Below are positions 58,286-64,000 of a stretch of DNA of 64,000 nt, piece after piece. The position numbers were made by a program, and so were the translations under genes. Each line of letters opens with the position of its first letter. Within the stretch, counting starts at the first letter, position 1. Location: IMG/VR virus record IMGVR_UViG_3300025319_000005, positions 62,001-126,000 of that record. One strand, given 5' to 3'. A model generated the notes under the pieces. That model saw only the letters and a list, made by a program, of their open reading frames with translations, had not been told where the DNA came from and did no database searches.

Positions 58286-58735
58286 TTATTTCTTTATTTT
58301 AAATTTAACCTGTCCAATTCCATCTTTAAATCCAACACCGGTAATAAACATATGTTGGTTTGTTAAAACTTTTAGTTCAGTTTTTTGTTCTATAAATTTG
58401 GCAAGAACGAACCATTTTTTTCCGTCAGAAATACACCTAACTCCTTTATTTATATATGGAAGGACTTCTCCTTTATTTTCTGTTGTTACACTTCCATTAG
58501 TTACTTCTAAGACATGAACAAAAGAAACTATTTCGTCTTTTTCCAGTGCTTCTTTTATGGAGTTAATTATTATTCCAGCTCTTTTTAAGGATACTTTTTC
58601 ATTTTCTTTATAATTGGCAGTAATGATTTTTATGGTTCCTAGGACTTTACCATTCTCGAAAACATCTGCACATTGCATAAATTTGTTCATCTGTTTATTT
58701 CCAGAAATAACCATTAATTTTGCAATTGATTCCAT
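58286..58735 (-). CDS. hypothetical protein
   Basis: Start reassigned. Confidence 0.65.
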   Translation of the reverse strand: MESIAKLMVISGNKQMNKFMQCADVFENGKVLGTIKIITANYKENEKVSLKRAGIIINSIKEALEKDEIVSFVHVLEVTNGSVTTENKGEVLPYINKGVRCISDGKKWFVLAKFIEQKTELKVLTNQHMFITGVGFKDGIGQVKFKIKK

Positions 58736-58801
58736 GATAATACGTTTTAAAAAAGAAAATCCGGAACACAACACTCCGGATTCCTTTTTGTGTGAATGAT
58801 T

Positions 58802-59551
58802 TTATTTATTTGTAAAAACCAATCTATTTTTGCGTTGGAAATTGTAATTGTAAATTTCTTCAAACATCTGCAAATACATTTCGCCGTCAGCACAATGAAC
58901 AAACTTTCTTGGGTTTTTGTCTATTTGACTAATCATCCGGTTGTGATTGTAATCCTTTGTTTTAACAAGTCTTTTACAAGCAGTAACAGCTGAACGGTAA
59001 TCCATTTTCGGAAGATAAGTCCTAAAACTCTTCCAAATATTTAACACCTTTTGAGCTTCATTTATTTGGTTTTGAGTAATTTCAACTATTTCTCCTGCCA
59101 AAATTCCCTTACGAATATCCGAACTTCCCTCTCCTCTCAAAAACGAAACAGCTTGGCTCGGTTTTAATCCGTTTGACATAGAAAAACTTTCAATTGCCTG
59201 GAAAACTTTGTTTCCACTTTTTGCTCGTGCAACAATATGATCATCGGTACTCCAAGGCTTTTGTAAAGAATTTGTTTTTGCAACAGCATCTAAATTAAGA
59301 GTTTGTTCTGCGATGTGAAAATAAATAACAAGACCCAATTCTTTTCTGGCAGTAAGGCGGTGTTGACCATCTCTAACTACGCCATTTTTTGATATGATAA
59401 TTGGATACGATTTACCATAATCGGCAATTTCAATTTCTTTTTTTAATTTTTCAACTCTATTCCTGTCAACAGGACGATTTTGACTAAATTTGAAAGAATT
59501 ATAATTTTTACTATTATAAATCTTTCCCGGTTTGTAATTACTTAGACTCAT
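58802..59551 (-). CDS. ParB/Srx-like N-terminal domain protein
   Basis: QNRPV...YPIII...DGQHRLTA. Confidence 0.85.
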   Translation of the reverse strand: MSLSNYKPGKIYNSKNYNSFKFSQNRPVDRNRVEKLKKEIEIADYGKSYPIIISKNGVVRDGQHRLTARKELGLVIYFHIAEQTLNLDAVAKTNSLQKPWSTDDHIVARAKSGNKVFQAIESFSMSNGLKPSQAVSFLRGEGSSDIRKGILAGEIVEITQNQINEAQKVLNIWKSFRTYLPKMDYRSAVTACKRLVKTKDYNHNRMISQIDKNPRKFVHCADGEMYLQMFEEIYNYNFQRKNRLVFTNK

Positions 59552-59637
59552 GATTTTGTTTTTTTTGGTTTATACTAATTTATATTTGAACTTAAAATTT
59601 ATTAAACGAAAATTGATTTGATATGTTGCAAATTGAA

Positions 59638-60093
59638 TTATTTCGTTTTTTCCTCGCAAATATACGAAATTAAACTCTCAATTGTTTGAAATAATGGTAT
59701 TTTATGCATTTCACATCTTTTACCTATATAACGATTGTTTACTGATTCAGGAGGGAAACCTACAGCTATTTTGCCAGAATGCATAAATTCTCCAAATTCA
59801 ATATTTGTGGTAAATGCCGGCATTGTCTCAAGATTCCTTGGAATCCAATATATGATTAAGCTGGCTTTATTTAAACCTTTTACTTCCCATGCAATTTGTT
59901 TTTCGAAATCATATAAAGAACCTAATATTCTATTTTCGGGAGCAAATACAGAGCCTTTAAATCCTTTTAATTTTAAAGCTTTTATAAACTCAGGCCTCCA
60001 GGATTTAACTGATACATCTCTTGGAGTTGGTCCGGCTAAAAACACACTAAACTCAGGATTGTTAAACTCTTCTCCGGCGTATATGACTTTCAT
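59638..60093 (-). CDS. nucleoside 2-deoxyribosyltransferase-like protein
   Basis: VFLAGPTPR, SWR, QIAWE, TTNIEFG. Confidence 0.85.
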   Translation of the reverse strand: MKVIYAGEEFNNPEFSVFLAGPTPRDVSVKSWRPEFIKALKLKGFKGSVFAPENRILGSLYDFEKQIAWEVKGLNKASLIIYWIPRNLETMPAFTTNIEFGEFMHSGKIAVGFPPESVNNRYIGKRCEMHKIPLFQTIESLISYICEEKTK

Positions 60094-60231
60094 TGTGTTA
60101 TTTTGTTTTTCTTAATTTTAACCTTTTTTGTTTTTTGATTGGTGAATGTATATTTAGTCATGTTACCAATATAATTATTCAAACGCCAATTTATTCTATT
60201 AATTCGTTGCTCTTGTGTCAGTTCTACTTTA

Positions 60232-60504
60232 TCATTTTTTTTCATTTCTGTTATATTTAATTAAGGCAGCGATTATTGGAATAGCCAGACATGCTGAGCC
60301 TACTATTGTCCAAAAAATAACCATATTTTGGTTTTTGCCATCTCCGAGATAAAGAGCTAAGAAAAAAGCTACAAAAACGTCAATAATTATCATCCAAAAT
60401 ATATCACCAATTGTTAAAACCACAATTGGATGTACAAAATGAAAGACGGTAAATATTGCAAGAGATACTGCAATAACAATTCCTACTATAAATGCATTTT
60501 TCAT
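60232..60504 (-). CDS. membrane protein
   Basis: Three hydrophobic segments. Confidence 0.75.
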   Translation of the reverse strand: MKNAFIVGIVIAVSLAIFTVFHFVHPIVVLTIGDIFWMIIIDVFVAFFLALYLGDGKNQNMVIFWTIVGSACLAIPIIAALIKYNRNEKK

Positions 60505-60571
60505 ATTTGTTTTTTAAAATTATGTTGGAAACAAAATTAATAAAAAAAACATTAAAAACAAATTTTGTGGA

Positions 60572-60943
60572 TTAAAATTCTTTATTTGTTTTAGAAACAA
60601 AATCCTGAGCTAACCTAAAAAACACTTGCATATTTTTATCTTTAAGGTCGGTGGATGGGAGGGCAATTATTATTTCGGTTATACATTTTATCCACTCATT
60701 TAATATTTTCACCTCATTCAAAGAAATTTCTATTTTCTTTTCGCTCAAAGAAAGTTTTTCCATTAAGGATAAAAATTTAGGACTTTCTTGAATTATTTTT
60801 CCTTTTTCTATTGAGATTGATTCCATGTATTTAGAGTGGAAAGTAAAACTAACAGCCATTAAATGGGCAAATTTATCATTCTTTAATAATTTGAATGAAT
60901 TATTTATTCCTTTTCTAAATGATATTATATCTTTCTTTGCCAT
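60572..60943 (-). CDS. hypothetical protein
   Basis: Start reassigned to MAKKDI. Confidence 0.65.
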   Translation of the reverse strand: MAKKDIISFRKGINNSFKLLKNDKFAHLMAVSFTFHSKYMESISIEKGKIIQESPKFLSLMEKLSLSEKKIEISLNEVKILNEWIKCITEIIIALPSTDLKDKNMQVFFRLAQDFVSKTNKEF

Positions 60944-61212
60944 TATATTTGTAAATATAAATTTTAAAAGATAAAAAATAAATGGTAGTGATTTTAAAAA
61001 CAAAAAATGGTCAAATATTGACCAAATTAATTTATAAACGCAATTTGACAAAAAACTTTATATTTATAGAAATAAAACATTAGTCAATGGATAAGAAGCC
61101 CGAAAATACCGAAATGGAAATAAAGCCAGAAAATGAAATTTCAGAAAACTTAGCTATAGTTAGTTGCGAATATGATAATTGGCATTCAGAATAATTATTT
61201 AATAATAAAAAA

Positions 61213-62778
61213 ATGTCAATAATAAGCGAATCATATAAAAATAAATTAATGAGACTTGCTGGAGTAAATTTAAAAACACTTACAGAAGCGTCAAGAATTG
61301 ATTTTTTAAAAAATGACTTTATAGAAAGGGTCGGAAGAAAATATGATAAGTTCTTGAAATTTTATTCTACAGGAATCTGGAATCCAGAAAAAGAGCCGGA
61401 TAACTTTATAAAAAATATATTATGGAACGAAAAATTAGTTTTTACAAATACAAGGAATGTTAAAAATGTTTTAATACCAAGACAAAGATTTGTAGAAACA
61501 ATGACTAATGCATATTTTATACAATTAGAAAATGCAGACCCAACAGAAAATAATCAATATTTAACTTGGTTAATAAATATATTTCTTGCTGGAAATCTTC
61601 CTACAGAAGACATTTATAAAGTCAATGAAGCTCTTACTTTGTTTTATAAAAACAAAGAAAAATTACCGGTAGAGCAAAGAAACATAAACTCTTTTAAAGA
61701 TTTATCATCTCTTTTTTCAACAATTTCCAAATATAGTTCTGAGGATGAATTAAGTACTTCTGAAAAAGAACGAATAATTAAACTTGAAGGTGCAGAACAA
61801 ATTTATGATAGTCCAAATTGGAAAATAATTATCCCAAAAACAAAAGAAGCTGCATGTTTGTATGGAAAAAGTACTAAATGGTGTACAGCATCTGAAGATA
61901 ATAATAGATTTAAGTATTATAGTCAACAAAGTCCTCTCTATATTTTAATAGATAAAAGGATAAAAGATGATAGGGATATATTTAAAAAATTACAATTTCA
62001 TTTTTCATCCAATCAATTTATGGACACAACAGATAGACAAATAAGTGTTAATAAATTTTTTAATGAGAATAGAGAACTAAAAGATTTTTTTAAAAAAATA
62101 GGAGAAATAGATGCTTCTTTTGAGATAGAACATATATTAGTCTCAAAAGAAGAGGGGTTAAATCTTTTAAAAACAACAAAAAATAAAATCGCCTTAATTG
62201 AAAGAAAAAATTTTAATTTTCTTAAGGATTTTTTCCTTGGAATTGGGGCTAAAAAAGAATTTATACAAGCAATATTAACAGATAAAGAATTTATAAAGCA
62301 TTTATTTGAATACGGTTTATTCGATAATTTAATTGACTCTTATAAAGAAATGGATGTTCCCTTAGAAGGTCTTAATGTAATAAAATCATTACCATGGTTA
62401 AATTCATGGATTATGAATAAAGACACTAAGCCTGAAAGAATTCAAGATTTTATATTTAGTATTTCAAAAAATTTAGGAAACGAAGGACAAGAGTTCGTTA
62501 AACATTTACTAACAAAAGGAGGAATTATTTGGAATGCACTTCTTCAGCCTGGAAACATAAGAATAACACATTATTTTAATATGTTATCTTCAAGAAAATC
62601 TCTTGGAACTTCCGGAATGATCATGTCAAAAAAATTATTAAGAAACCCAAGTGTTATAGCTGAATTATTATCAAAAGGGGTGTCTAAAACATCTATTGAA
62701 ATGCTTAATAATTTTTACAATAGCGGAATAAAGGAATGTTATCAAGCACGTTTATATTTAAGAAACATACTTAGGTAA
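61213..62778 (+). CDS. large phage protein (ADPT..QYL.W / AAC.YG..TKWCTA type)
   Basis: 521 aa; KLMRLAGV N-terminal motif; function unknown. Confidence 0.8.
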   Translation: MSIISESYKNKLMRLAGVNLKTLTEASRIDFLKNDFIERVGRKYDKFLKFYSTGIWNPEKEPDNFIKNILWNEKLVFTNTRNVKNVLIPRQRFVETMTNAYFIQLENADPTENNQYLTWLINIFLAGNLPTEDIYKVNEALTLFYKNKEKLPVEQRNINSFKDLSSLFSTISKYSSEDELSTSEKERIIKLEGAEQIYDSPNWKIIIPKTKEAACLYGKSTKWCTASEDNNRFKYYSQQSPLYILIDKRIKDDRDIFKKLQFHFSSNQFMDTTDRQISVNKFFNENRELKDFFKKIGEIDASFEIEHILVSKEEGLNLLKTTKNKIALIERKNFNFLKDFFLGIGAKKEFIQAILTDKEFIKHLFEYGLFDNLIDSYKEMDVPLEGLNVIKSLPWLNSWIMNKDTKPERIQDFIFSISKNLGNEGQEFVKHLLTKGGIIWNALLQPGNIRITHYFNMLSSRKSLGTSGMIMSKKLLRNPSVIAELLSKGVSKTSIEMLNNFYNSGIKECYQARLYLRNILR

Positions 62779-62780
62779 TA

Positions 62781-63137
62781 TTAAAATGGCAAATCCTCTT
62801 TATCATCATAAACAATCCCTGAGTTTTCAGCTGGAGTTTCTACAAAATCAGGAGATTTTTTAATAATCTCTATTCTCCACACTTCTAAAGAATTAAAAAC
62901 TCTAACAATACTATTTTTATCAACAAATTCTTTTCCTTTTAAATCAAATAAAAGTTTCACTTCATCTCCTGGATTTAAACCATCAGCCAAAGAAACATTA
63001 TTTTGAATTAATGTAAATTCTGAAGTCTGTGGATAATTCGTACTTTTAGAATGTTCTACAATCAATCTTCTTTTCTTAAATTTTTCAGAAATCTGTTCCA
63101 GATTTTCTACTCTTATTATTTTTGCTATTATTTCCAT
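62781..63137 (-). CDS. DUF3127-like OB-fold (SSB-like) protein
   Basis: FKKR...YPQ...GDEV...F.LKG.E...FNSL..WRI, acidic tail DLPF. Confidence 0.85.
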   Translation of the reverse strand: MEIIAKIIRVENLEQISEKFKKRRLIVEHSKSTNYPQTSEFTLIQNNVSLADGLNPGDEVKLLFDLKGKEFVDKNSIVRVFNSLEVWRIEIIKKSPDFVETPAENSGIVYDDKEDLPF

Positions 63138-63244
63138 TTTATGTTGTTTTTAGCAAATGTAACTATTTAAAATAGAAAAACACATTATTATTGACTTTTT
63201 CATTAAAAAATGTTTTATTTGAATAATTTTAAAAAAACAAAAAT

Positions 63245-63502
63245 ATGAACGAACCGGATAATCAACAACAAAATAGTGACGAGACTATGCAATATGATTC
63301 TAAAATCAATAACGTAGTAGCTCTTACTCAACTCATAGGTACAATAGTCGATTATTATTCTTTCAAAAGCAAGATAATAGAAGATGAGGATGATGTGGAA
63401 AAATGGAAAAAAAATCCAGATGAGACTCCAATTATACCAACAAAAATAGACGGTGTTATAGAGAAATCCTTTCTATTCCAGCTTAAAAAATTCACCGAAT
63501 AA
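63245..63502 (+). CDS. hypothetical protein
   Basis: ORF track. Confidence 0.65.
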   Translation: MNEPDNQQQNSDETMQYDSKINNVVALTQLIGTIVDYYSFKSKIIEDEDDVEKWKKNPDETPIIPTKIDGVIEKSFLFQLKKFTE

Positions 63503-63504
63503 GG

Positions 63505-64000
63505 ATGGAATTTGATGAATTGATAAGTAATATTGATTTACATTCTCCGTTCCATAAAATGCTGGAAAAAAATAAATTAACAATTACACAAAATGAATTA
63601 TTAAAATATGTTGATGATAATCATTTTACAATAATACATAAAAGAAGGCAAGAAGGAGTTAGTACTGCGTTATCAGTTTATATTTTGTGGTTATTAATTA
63701 ATAATCCGGGACATTCAATTGCTTTGATATTTTCTCAGACAGAAGAGAGGGAAAAATTCAGACAAATTATCAACATGAATTTAACTTTACTTGAAAAAAT
63801 ATTTAAACTTCATGGCTATGATATGGTTTTAACAGCTAAAAACCATAACATAAATGAAACTATATTTCCAAATGGTTCGCGTATTCATTATTGGTCAAAA
63901 AACAATAAACATGCCGGCAGGGGTCATAGTTTAGATTTTGTTTATATATCAGAAGTAACTCACCAAGATAATTACATGGAACTAATTCAATGCCTTTATC
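63505..64000 (+). CDS. terminase large subunit-like ATPase domain (truncated by window, degenerate motifs)
   Basis: Hand translation: HKRRQEGVST, FPNGSRI, AGRGHSLDFVYISE resemble T4 gp17-type Walker A/B region. Confidence 0.7.
   Translation, partial: MEFDELISNIDLHSPFHKMLEKNKLTITQNELLKYVDDNHFTIIHKRRQEGVSTALSVYILWLLINNPGHSIALIFSQTEEREKFRQIINMNLTLLEKIFKLHGYDMVLTAKNHNINETIFPNGSRIHYWSKNNKHAGRGHSLDFVYISEVTHQDNYMELIQCLY

Noticed and set aside
1-64000. Stop-codon reassignment
   Set aside because: Recognisable genes are full length under code 11; only two isolated in-frame stops were seen (26268 TGA, 57856 TAA), of different types

Overview
Very AT-rich, gene-dense segment that reads as part of a large (jumbo-type) tailed phage genome. 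A Bacteroidota host is likely: there are TTTG-N19-TAnnTTTG promoters, A-rich leaders without Shine-Dalgarno, a DUF3127-like gene and a CDC-like lipoprotein. It has two very different halves. (1) 1-31.8 kb is a modular array of ~65 short, mostly unrecognisable ORFs plus three odd tRNA-Phe(GAA)-like genes. Most ORFs are fronted by one of ~50 copies of a fixed-spacing motif, TGTAAC-N17-(T/C/G)GTATAGTACATT, which resembles an ECF-sigma promoter. The array is cut into blocks by 13 copies of an ~82-bp nested palindrome (GATATACG-N19-TGTCAC-N16-GTGACA-N19-CGTATATC) with interchangeable arms, usually next to a conserved terminator. (2) 32.3-64 kb is an accessory/late region. It holds a tandem family of small hypervariable paralogs, a short motif R-x-V-L-x-E-K shared by ~16 partly unrelated proteins, and an ncRNA locus with a circularly permuted tRNA-like domain beside an aberrant tRNA. 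It also holds a cytolysin-like lipoprotein, SufE, vWA, nucleotidyltransferase, LAGLIDADG and PD-(D/E)XK nucleases, ParB-like and NDT-like genes, two TnpB-like elements (one a full IS607 inside a decayed pcfJ-like gene) and the start of a degenerate terminase-like ATPase. All calls come from motif recognition by eye; no searches were run and repeat counts are manual.
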